From a bacterium (GTDB lineage Bacteria; Hinthialibacterota; Hinthialibacteria; Hinthialibacterales; Hinthialibacteraceae), in contig JBHGBC010000195.1 in the NCBI GenBank assembly GCA_041946805.1, positions 1 to 10,516 of the forward strand: a stretch of 10,516 nucleotides of DNA, given 5' to 3'. The notes under the pieces are model-generated. The model was not told where the DNA came from. It worked only from the letters and a program-made list of their open reading frames with translations, and did not search any database. The first letter of the stretch is position 1, and the number at the start of each line of letters is the position of its first letter. Shown in pieces: positions 1 to 7,065 of the stretch. The translations under genes were made by a program, and so were the position numbers.

Positions 1-37
1 AAAAACATCTCGTGACCCTTGATTGTTAACACAGTCG

Positions 38-59
38 CTCTCCCAGAGGGAGAGGGAAT
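38..59 (+). repeat. BoxC-like palindromic repeat, partial copy (hairpin half only)
   Basis: CTCTCCC-AGA-GGGAGAG hairpin followed by GGAAT; matches the 3' half of the copy at 4335-4373 but lacks the CCCTCACCCT arm. Confidence 0.7.
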
Positions 60-144
60 CGTTTAGCGTTCCCGTCCATGCTTATACCACGAATAAAGCA
101 CTGAGAAAGTTCTGCATTCGAGTAAATAGTTACAAGGCAAAAAC

Positions 145-246
145 ATTGAATCCCCGTAGGGGACTCATGTGAATAGCCGTAGGCGACAGCCTACGGTGTT
201 GTACGGAAAAACGCCAATCCCGTAGGGGTTGAATTGGATACCATTC
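145..246 (+). repeat. Half copy (left arm plus centre) of the multi-hairpin REPIN-like element at 9278-9462
   Basis: 145-197 matches 9278-9330 at 49/53 nt, and similarity continues to ...GGGGTTGAAT-N8-ATTC at 246. Three hairpins: TCCCC-GTA-GGGGA, CCGTAGGC-GACA-GCCTACGG, CAATCCC-GTA-GGGGTTG. Confidence 0.85.
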
Positions 247-267
247 CCCTTGTGGACAGGCCAATCG

Positions 268-2403
268 TTATTGTTCCCGGAAAAACCGCCCGTAGCCGAT
301 TACGGCTTCGGTATTGTCCCCCTCCGGTTCGGCTTTGCGGATGGAGACGGCCGTGTAGGGCGCGTTCTCGAGCGGCATGTCCACCCGCCAGATGGGAGAG
401 TTCTTGCGGAGCACGGGCGATTGATACGCCGGTTTCTGTCCCATCCATACCGTGGCGATTATAGCGGAACGCGGGTTGTCCGGGGCATCCCCCGCGAGGC
501 CGACATCCACGAGAAACCGCTGCGCGCCGGCGGGTGTGGGGAAAATGATTGTCGTGTCCGCGTCCGTGCCGAATCCGGTCTCATACTGGACCCGGCCGAT
601 CGCCAGCGGATTCCCTCGCAGTGTCTTCTGGAACTGGGGAGGCGCTTGTTTCCAGGAATCGGCTTTATAGGAGGTTTCCGCTGCGGGGATGGCCAGCCAC
701 CGCTCGTTTGGCTGCGCCTTGAACACGGCCAGGCGGGGATTCACGGACCATTCGCCCAGCAACCAATACCCTTCATGAAACGAGGCCAGTGTCGATCCGG
801 GCGGATAGACCAACCGGGGCGCGAATTGGACCAGAGGCGTCAGCCGGGCCACATACCTCCGGATGCCTTCCGCCGTTTTTTGCGCTTCCAGGCTGGGAGA
901 ATCCAGAACGCCGTGGTTCTCGAGGAGCGTTTGCAGTTTCATCGAGGAGGGCTGGATTCCGCATACCAGCCAATCCAGCCCGGACCGGGTTTGATCCTGG
1001 ATGTCCGAGCGTTCCAGCAGCACCACCGGACCGTTCATCCGCCGGAGTTCGTAGGACAAGAACCGCAGGTCCCGGGGAATGCCGGTCACCATGGAAGACT
1101 GGGAATTCAGGGACAGCCAATCGGCCAACTGAATCCGGGTCTCTTTCGCGAAAAGGATCCGGCCGGCCAACCATCCCGGCGGGAGCAGGAGGACGAAGAG
1201 CAGGATGGCGGAAGCGGCGGGGGCGGCGGATTCCCTTAGTTTGGCTTGAAGCCGCGGCCGCAGCCAATCCCAGACTCCCACCAGTCCGGAACCCGCCAGC
1301 AGCGCGAACCAGGGGAAAAGGGGGAGCAGGATCCGGGGGAAATTCGCCTTTTGGGAGAGGATCAGAATCGTGTAGACGAGGGGAAAACTCAACCAGATCA
1401 GGTCTTCGCGTTTCCAGGGCCGCCGGAGAAAGGCAATCAATCCGGCGGCCGCGAACACACTTGGAATCCAGCCCAGACCGGACGTGAAAAGATAGATCAG
1501 AAAATCGAGGCCGTACCGGTGGCTGTAGCCGCTGTGGATGAAGTCCGCGTGGTAGTGGTAGATCTCCGCGCCCACGCCCGTGATGAAATCCGTCAGCCGT
1601 AGAGCCCAATAGGGAAAACCCAACGTGAAACCGAAGATTGTACCCAAAATCAACGCAATATACCGGCTCAAATTTCCTTGGCCGGACACCCCGAGCAAAA
1701 TCCACGGGGCCACCGCCACGCATCCGCCGTTGAATTTGGTGGCGGCGGTCAAGCCCGCGAGCATCCCCAGGCCGGTCAGGTGGGAGAGGGGCAGGTCCGA
1801 GGGTGTTCGCAGGCACCAGTAGACCGTCAGCAGCGCGAGAAAGGCCATCGGCATGTCCGGTGTGATGAATAGCGAATGCTCGATATGGCCGGGCATGAAG
1901 GCCAGGACCAATGCGGCGGCCAGGGCGGCGCGCTCCTCCACGATGCTCCGAGCGATGCCATAGAGCAATACGCACATCAATGCGCCCAGCCAGGCCGTGT
2001 ATTTCCGGCCCCAGCGGATGATGGACAGGTCGCCGATTTCCCGGTTGTCGTTGAGATCGTCCAAGTTCATGGTCTGGAGCGAGGGATATTCACCCTGCCG
2101 GGCGTGCGCCCAGACGCGCAGAGTTTGAACGGCCGCCTGTTGATACAAAAAGAAGGGGGGAACGCGGTACCATTGATGATCCAGGCCGCCGGTTTTCAGG
2201 ATATGGCAGGCGAGTTTGACATACGTGGGTTCGTCCCAGTAGTGCAGATAGGGCAGGCCGAACCGGGCGGGAACCCAGCGGATCAGCAACGCCGCCGCGA
2301 ACAGAACGGCCAGAAGGATTTTGGCATGGCGCCAGGGCGCAGGCCGGTTCGAGGGAGTGCTTTGGAACTCCTTTTCGATCGGGGATTGCGGCGCGCCTTT
2401 CAC
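268..2403 (-). CDS. GT-C fold membrane glycosyltransferase (ArnT/PMT-like, family 39-type) with C-terminal NPCBM/NEW2-like domain, 711 aa
   Basis: N-terminal TM helix, then LLIRW...HYWDEPTY (acidic DE loop motif), many hydrophobic segments, HSLFITPD and ATKFNG motifs. The C-terminal GNPLAIGRVQYETGFGTDADTTIIF...FLVDVG...YQSPVLR...VDMPL resembles NPCBM. GTG start with GAGGTG Shine-Dalgarno 7 nt upstream. Confidence 0.85.
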   Translation of the reverse strand: MKGAPQSPIEKEFQSTPSNRPAPWRHAKILLAVLFAAALLIRWVPARFGLPYLHYWDEPTYVKLACHILKTGGLDHQWYRVPPFFLYQQAAVQTLRVWAHARQGEYPSLQTMNLDDLNDNREIGDLSIIRWGRKYTAWLGALMCVLLYGIARSIVEERAALAAALVLAFMPGHIEHSLFITPDMPMAFLALLTVYWCLRTPSDLPLSHLTGLGMLAGLTAATKFNGGCVAVAPWILLGVSGQGNLSRYIALILGTIFGFTLGFPYWALRLTDFITGVGAEIYHYHADFIHSGYSHRYGLDFLIYLFTSGLGWIPSVFAAAGLIAFLRRPWKREDLIWLSFPLVYTILILSQKANFPRILLPLFPWFALLAGSGLVGVWDWLRPRLQAKLRESAAPAASAILLFVLLLPPGWLAGRILFAKETRIQLADWLSLNSQSSMVTGIPRDLRFLSYELRRMNGPVVLLERSDIQDQTRSGLDWLVCGIQPSSMKLQTLLENHGVLDSPSLEAQKTAEGIRRYVARLTPLVQFAPRLVYPPGSTLASFHEGYWLLGEWSVNPRLAVFKAQPNERWLAIPAAETSYKADSWKQAPPQFQKTLRGNPLAIGRVQYETGFGTDADTTIIFPTPAGAQRFLVDVGLAGDAPDNPRSAIIATVWMGQKPAYQSPVLRKNSPIWRVDMPLENAPYTAVSIRKAEPEGDNTEAVIGYGRFFREQ

Positions 2404-2434
2404 CGGGGGACACCTCGAGGATCAGGGTTGAAAC

Positions 2435-2443
2435 ATCGTATCA
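2435..2443 (-). promoter_or_regulatory. Possible extended -10 promoter element (TGnTACGAT) for the 268..2403 gene
   Basis: Minus strand reads TGATACGAT about 30 nt upstream of the GTG start; no convincing -35 box. Confidence 0.25.
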
Positions 2444-2577
2444 CGCGCCCGCCGGCAAATACATCCAAGAGGATTATCATTCTTCTATATTCAAGGCGGG
2501 AAGCGAGCGGGATGAAGGAAAACGAGTGGATGCGCGTCCCGGCTCCGGACAGACCATCCTGGTTCGCCCGTTCAATA

Positions 2578-2615
2578 ATCCCCTCTACCTCGGGGAGAGG
2601 ATCAGGGTGAGGGAA
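2578..2615 (-). repeat. BoxC-like palindromic repeat
   Basis: Reverse complement TTCCCTCACCCTGATCCTCTCCCCGAGGTAGAGGGGAT; same family as 4335-4373 and 9517-9553; lies just downstream of the stop of the 2633..4135 gene. Confidence 0.85.
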
Positions 2616-2632
2616 AGCCCTTCCCCGGCGCC

Positions 2633-4135
2633 TTAGGGTTTATCGGTTTTCTTTCCCAATTCATACAGCCGGAGGTAATCGTGAAGCAGCACGTTGCGGG
2701 CGGTTTCCTTGAGATAGAACCGGATCTGCTCTTTTTTGAAGAATTCCTCCGGTTGGGTGATGGCCAAGTGGGTGGCGCCTTCTTTTTCCAATTGCTGGAT
2801 CAATTCCAGCGTCAGATCGGAGGGGCTTACGGCCAGCCCCATGCGGCGGCTTTGGTAAATGACGGAGGGATCGAAATTGTCCACGATCACCCGGGCGCCG
2901 GGCGGGGTGTAGTCCTTGATGGCCTGCGCGGCCCGCAGCCAGTTCAGCTTGAGATGATACCAAGGGCGGATGACCGTGTGAAACTGGAAGAAGGTCGCCA
3001 GGATCACGATCCCGAGAACGGCCTGGCGCGACTGGATCCGGGCCAAGACGGTGGCTTCCGTCAGATGTTCCCAGATCAGGGCGGTGAACCGCGCGGCGGA
3101 CCAGGCGAGGGCGGGCAGAAGGATCAGGTAATACACATAATGGGGGACCACGGCCACGGGATACACGTCCAGCACGTAGTAGCCCAGGATGGCCAGGGTC
3201 CAGAACCAAGGCAGGCAGCCGGCGCGGGACCGGGAGAGAAACAACCCCGCCGCGGCGAAGACGGCCCCCACCGGCCCGAGGGTGAAATCCCAGTAGGTTT
3301 TCCAGATTTGATAGAACAGGCTCTTCTCCCACCAGAGCCAGTAATAGTGAAGGCTGGTCCAGTTCCGGAAATCCGCCCGCCCGTGCGAGCTCAGGCTGTA
3401 ACTGGCGTATTGCTGATACGCCCAGGAATACCAGAGCAGGGAAGGGAGGAACATCAAAAATCCCGCCAGCCAGATCCAGCCGTTTTTCCACCACGCCTTC
3501 TCCACGAGCAGCCGATGGATCAGCCAGGCGGGGATCAGGTAAAAGACCAGGGGAGGCATCATCAGCAGGGCCATCGCGGCGCAGAGGATCATGCCGGCCC
3601 AGGCGGCCGGCTTTTTTTCTTCCAGCCATTTGGCGAACGCGGCGAGGGCCACGATCATCAACGCGATGGCCACGGGATGGCGGTGAAAACAGCGTCCATG
3701 ATAAATCGCCTGGGGCGCGATCAAATACCACAGGGCGGCGAAGCGGGCGGTTAGGGGATGCTCCAGCCGCTTGATCAGGGAATACAATCCCGCCGCGCCC
3801 GCCAGGCAGAACAGGGCGGTCAACAAGCGGCCGATCCACACGTGTTCGCCGAGAGGAATATACAGGCAGGCCACCACGAAGGGATACAGGGGGAACTCGT
3901 TCGGCCACAATCCGGGTTCGTGGATGGTTCCCCACCCGGTGATGCGGGGATCGAGCAGTTGAAAGCCGTTTTCATAATAATGGCGGGCGATCGACGCGGT
4001 CGCGCCCTGGCGGAAGGAATCGCCGTCCAAAATGGGCGCATCAATCTTGTACAACCGCAGCGCCAGCCCGAAGAGTAGAATGCACCACAACCAGCGGTCC
4101 GATACAACTCGATGAAGCCACGCGGAAAGGTCCAT
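2633..4135 (-). CDS. GT-C fold membrane glycosyltransferase (ArnT/PMT_2-like, family 39-type), ~500 aa
   Basis: LALRLY TM helix, DSFRQGATASIARHYYENG (RQ..TA..AR.. loop motif), EFPLY, GRLLT, about 11-13 hydrophobic segments and a small soluble C-terminal domain. Start placed at ATG 4135 (AGAGGTG upstream); ATG 4150 is an alternative. The ORF extension to 4336 crosses a repeat and looks non-coding. Confidence 0.85.
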   Translation of the reverse strand: MDLSAWLHRVVSDRWLWCILLFGLALRLYKIDAPILDGDSFRQGATASIARHYYENGFQLLDPRITGWGTIHEPGLWPNEFPLYPFVVACLYIPLGEHVWIGRLLTALFCLAGAAGLYSLIKRLEHPLTARFAALWYLIAPQAIYHGRCFHRHPVAIALMIVALAAFAKWLEEKKPAAWAGMILCAAMALLMMPPLVFYLIPAWLIHRLLVEKAWWKNGWIWLAGFLMFLPSLLWYSWAYQQYASYSLSSHGRADFRNWTSLHYYWLWWEKSLFYQIWKTYWDFTLGPVGAVFAAAGLFLSRSRAGCLPWFWTLAILGYYVLDVYPVAVVPHYVYYLILLPALAWSAARFTALIWEHLTEATVLARIQSRQAVLGIVILATFFQFHTVIRPWYHLKLNWLRAAQAIKDYTPPGARVIVDNFDPSVIYQSRRMGLAVSPSDLTLELIQQLEKEGATHLAITQPEEFFKKEQIRFYLKETARNVLLHDYLRLYELGKKTDKP

Positions 4136-4253
4136 GTCACCTCTAATCATGAGAATCACGCGCGAATAGAAGATATTCACCCGGGCCTTCCAACCGGTGT
4201 ATTTTCTCCCCGTATCCTTCCGCCGGAAAGGCAAATCCCACCATTTTATGAAT

Positions 4254-4281
4254 GTAAGGGCACGTTGCGACGCGCCTCTAC
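4254..4281. repeat. Degenerate GTAG-type REP-like palindrome
   Basis: GTAAGGGCACGTTGCGACGCGCCTCTAC, an imperfect version of GTAGGGGCACG..CGTGCCCCTAC; related copy at 9130-9159. Confidence 0.55.
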
Positions 4282-4334
4282 GGGCAATTGGACATTGGGT
4301 ATTCCTTCGACATGGAAAATCGTGTTCCGAAGGC

Positions 4335-4373
4335 ATTCCCTCACCCTGGCTCTCTCCCAGAGGGAGAGGGGAT
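4335..4373 (+). repeat. BoxC-like palindromic repeat
   Basis: ATTCCCTCACCCTGGCTCTCTCCCAGAGGGAGAGGGGAT: CCCTCACCCT arm plus CTCTCCC-AGA-GGGAGAG hairpin. Confidence 0.85.
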
Positions 4374-4666
4374 CGGGCTCTTGAGATCCCAATCCGAAAC
4401 GGAATGATATAGTCACGGTTTCCGTCCCGACGGTTTTCCGAAGAAATCCGAATCCATGACTCGATTGATTATAAAACAACGAGAGGCTCAAAATTGTATT
4501 CAAACAAGGGCGGTGAAAAAAATCAAGGAATGCGTGACCGTGTTTCCGCCTTTATCCGGGATGCGCTTTACGGCACAATACCAGCCATGCTTCGCCTCGG
4601 CATCGGATCTTCCTTTCCGGTTCGATATCCGAAACCGTGCACGATTCATCCTTGGAGGTCAGACTC

Positions 4667-5881
4667 ATGGCCACGCTTCCCGAACGCCTGCAGCGCCGCG
4701 TGGAATGCTCCGGATTGAGTTGGGAGACCTTGAAATCCAAACTCAAAAAGCAACACATCGAAACCCCTTCCTGGGGTTACGCCGATTCGGGCACCCGCTT
4801 CGGTGTGTTCAAGCAGCCCGCGGCCGCCAAGACTCTGGCCCACAAACTGGAGGACGCCGCCACGGTGCACCGCTTCACCGGCATCGCCCCCTCCGTGGCG
4901 CTGCATATCCCCTGGGACAAGGTGGACGACTGGAGCGCCTTGCGGCAGCAGGCGGAAGCGCTGGGCATCCGCATCGGGGCGATCAATCCCAACGTGTTCC
5001 AGGAACAGGAATACAAAATGGGCAGCGTCACCAACGAGGACGCCGCTATCCGGCGGAAAGCGTGCGATCACATGTTGGAATGCGTGGAGATCATGCGCCA
5101 TACCGGCTCGAAGGTTCTGAGTCTGTGGTTCGCCGACGGGACCAACTATCCGGGCCAGGGGCATTTCCGCCGCCGCAAGCAGTGGATGATCGAATGCCTG
5201 CGGGAAGTTTATGAAGCCATGGATCAAGCCGCGCGCATGCTGGTTGAATACAAACTGTTCGAACCGGGATTCTACCACACCGACCTGGCCGATTGGGGCA
5301 TGTCGTACGTGGTCTGCGGCCACCTGGGAGACCGGGCGCAGGTGCTGGTGGATCTGGGGCATCATGCTCATGGGGTCAATATTGAGCACCTCGTGGCGTT
5401 TCTGCTGAGCGAAGGGAAACTCGGCGGATTCCATTTCAACAACCGCAAGTGCGCCGACGACGACCTGACCGTCGGCTCGATCAATCCCTATGAATTGTTC
5501 CTGATTTACAACGAACTGGTGGACGCCGAGCTCGATCCCTCCCTCCATATGGATGTGGCCTTCATGATCGACCAGAGCCACAACCTCAAGCCCAAGGTGG
5601 AGGCGATGGTGCAATCGGTGCTCAACTGCCAGAAGGCCTACGCCAAGGCGTTGCTGGTCAACCGCCAGGCGCTGCGGGACGCGCAACGGGCCGGGGACAT
5701 CGTCGGGGCGGAGGAAGAACTGGTCAAAGCGTATGAAGCCGATGTGGAGCCCCTGCTGCGCCTGGCGCGGGAGGAGATGGGGCTGGAGCCCGATCCGTTG
5801 CAAGCGTTCCGGCGCAGCGGATATGAGAAGCAAAAAGCCCAGGAACGGGCGGGCATGGCGGGCGGCGCCACTCTGGGCTGA
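4667..5881 (+). CDS. rhaI: L-rhamnose isomerase (RhaI subtype, xylose isomerase-like TIM barrel), 404 aa
   Basis: Motifs [90 protein letters not shown] Shine-Dalgarno 7 nt before ATG 4667. Confidence 0.93.
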   Translation: MATLPERLQRRVECSGLSWETLKSKLKKQHIETPSWGYADSGTRFGVFKQPAAAKTLAHKLEDAATVHRFTGIAPSVALHIPWDKVDDWSALRQQAEALGIRIGAINPNVFQEQEYKMGSVTNEDAAIRRKACDHMLECVEIMRHTGSKVLSLWFADGTNYPGQGHFRRRKQWMIECLREVYEAMDQAARMLVEYKLFEPGFYHTDLADWGMSYVVCGHLGDRAQVLVDLGHHAHGVNIEHLVAFLLSEGKLGGFHFNNRKCADDDLTVGSINPYELFLIYNELVDAELDPSLHMDVAFMIDQSHNLKPKVEAMVQSVLNCQKAYAKALLVNRQALRDAQRAGDIVGAEEELVKAYEADVEPLLRLAREEMGLEPDPLQAFRRSGYEKQKAQERAGMAGGATLG

Positions 5882-5969
5882 GGAGAGACCTGGATTGGGA
5901 GGATCGATTACCCGGATGGTGCGCGAGGATCATCCGATATCTAGATTGGGAAAGGACCGGTAAGACGCC

Positions 5970-6746
5970 ATGGAAGTTATCATCAAGAAGAACTACGACG
6001 AGATCTCCCAGGAAGCCGCGATGTACGTGAAGCGATTGGTGCAGAACAAGCCCAATTGCGTTCTCGGCCTGGCCACGGGCAGCACTCCCTTGGGGTTGTA
6101 CAAGGAATTGATCCGGATGCACAAGGAAGAAGGATTGGATTTCTCTCAGGTCTATACCTTCAACCTGGATGAATACTATGGAATCCCGCACGCGCATGAA
6201 CAATCCTACCATACGTTCATGAACGAGAACTTGTTCAAACACATCAACATCCAGCCCGACCGGATTCACATCCCCAGCGGCACCGCCGAGGACATCAACG
6301 CCTTCTGCGAGTGGTACGAGGATGAAATCGAGCGGCTGGGCGGGATCGATCTGCAAATCCTGGGGATCGGCCGCGACGGCCATATCGCTTTCAACGAACC
6401 CGGCTCCTCCCTGGGCTCCCGCACGCGCCTCAAGACCCTCACCCAGGAGACGATCGACGACAACGCCCGCTTCTTCGGCAGCAAGGACCAGGTGCCCCGT
6501 TACGCCGTGACCATGGGCGTCGGCACCATTTCCGAAGCCGAGGAAATCATCCTGCTGGCGAACGGCGAGAACAAGGCGGAGACCATCGCCCAGGCCGTGG
6601 AAGGGCCGATCACCGCGCAGGTCACCGCGTCCATCCTGCAGCTGCATCCCAAAACCACCTTCATCCTGGATGAGGCGGCGGCTTCCAAACTGAAGCGGTA
6701 TGATTATTACAAGTGGGTTTACGAGAACAAGCCCGAGAACCGGTGA
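5970..6746 (+). CDS. nagB: Glucosamine-6-phosphate deaminase, 258 aa
   Basis: VLGLATGSTP, TFNLDEY, GGIDLQILGIGRDGHIAFNEPGSS (catalytic D-H-E), SRTR, TMGVGTI, ASILQLHP; full canonical length. Confidence 0.96.
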   Translation: MEVIIKKNYDEISQEAAMYVKRLVQNKPNCVLGLATGSTPLGLYKELIRMHKEEGLDFSQVYTFNLDEYYGIPHAHEQSYHTFMNENLFKHINIQPDRIHIPSGTAEDINAFCEWYEDEIERLGGIDLQILGIGRDGHIAFNEPGSSLGSRTRLKTLTQETIDDNARFFGSKDQVPRYAVTMGVGTISEAEEIILLANGENKAETIAQAVEGPITAQVTASILQLHPKTTFILDEAAASKLKRYDYYKWVYENKPENR

Positions 6747-6786
6747 TACCGGCCCCGTTTTTCGAAATGACGGATGAAGAACTCTG

Positions 6787-6825
6787 AATCCCGGGCGGAG
6801 GGTGTCTCCGCCTGGGATTGGTTTT
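6787..6825 (+). terminator. Stem-loop downstream of nagB, probable intrinsic terminator or mRNA-stabilising hairpin
   Basis: AATCCCGGGCGGAG-GGTGT-CTCCGCCTGGGATT: 14-bp stem with one G-U pair, followed by GGTTTT; the U-tract is short. Confidence 0.5.
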
Positions 6826-6979
6826 GACTCCGACTTGATTCATCTGCGAGGCGGCCTGGTCTTTCAGGCCATGATAGGCCGTTTGACTCGCCAGGCGCCT
6901 GTAGAGATTGTTCTTCCCTCCATCCAATCCGATCCCGGAGAACACGGGCATTATTTCGATATCCCTCAAGCCGGACCGA

Positions 6980-7008
6980 TTGAAGATCCAACACGCTTTT
7001 TGGATAAT
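6980..7008 (+). promoter_or_regulatory. Putative sigma70-type promoter for the glycoside hydrolase gene
   Basis: TTGAAG (6980-6985), 17 nt, GATAAT (7003-7008); 57 nt upstream of ATG 7066. Confidence 0.4.
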
Positions 7009-7065
7009 AGGCCGGCGCGCCCCGCGCGCGCCCTTTCAAGGATTCCAATCAAACTGGAGATCGAC

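Noticed and set aside
81..89. Minus-strand TGGTATAAG extended -10-like motif
   Set aside because: Its target gene would lie outside the window and there is no clear -35 box, so it cannot be supported here.
229..2610. Long ORFs overlapping the first glycosyltransferase (229..1239, 789..1487, 1246..1602, 1876..2610 on +; 773..1975 on -)
   Set aside because: Antisense or alternate-frame shadows typical of GC-rich coding DNA; no recognisable motifs.
2661..4078. ORFs 2661..3935 (-), 2681..3754 (+), 3758..4078 (+)
   Set aside because: Fully overlap the motif-supported GT-C gene; Arg/Pro/Gly-rich shadow composition.
4151..4336. N-terminal extension of the 567-aa ORF
   Set aside because: Runs through a REP-like palindrome and starts at the edge of a BoxC-like repeat; a downstream ATG with a Shine-Dalgarno sequence precedes the first TM helix.
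5913..5936. Hairpin CGGATGGT-N8-ATCATCCG between rhaI and nagB as a terminator
   Set aside because: No U-tract follows and the stem is modest; more consistent with read-through.
4456..6647. ORFs 4456..5214 (+), 4646..5833 (-), 5724..6647 (-)
   Set aside because: Shadows of rhaI and nagB, which have unambiguous family motifs.
6802..7065. 88-codon upstream extension of the hydrolase ORF
   Set aside because: Starts inside the post-nagB hairpin; the signal peptide and Shine-Dalgarno sequence point to ATG 7066.
6747..7065. Riboswitch or ncRNA in the nagB-hydrolase spacer
   Set aside because: Several small hairpins are present, but I recognise no conserved riboswitch or glmS ribozyme core; an Infernal/Rfam scan would settle it.
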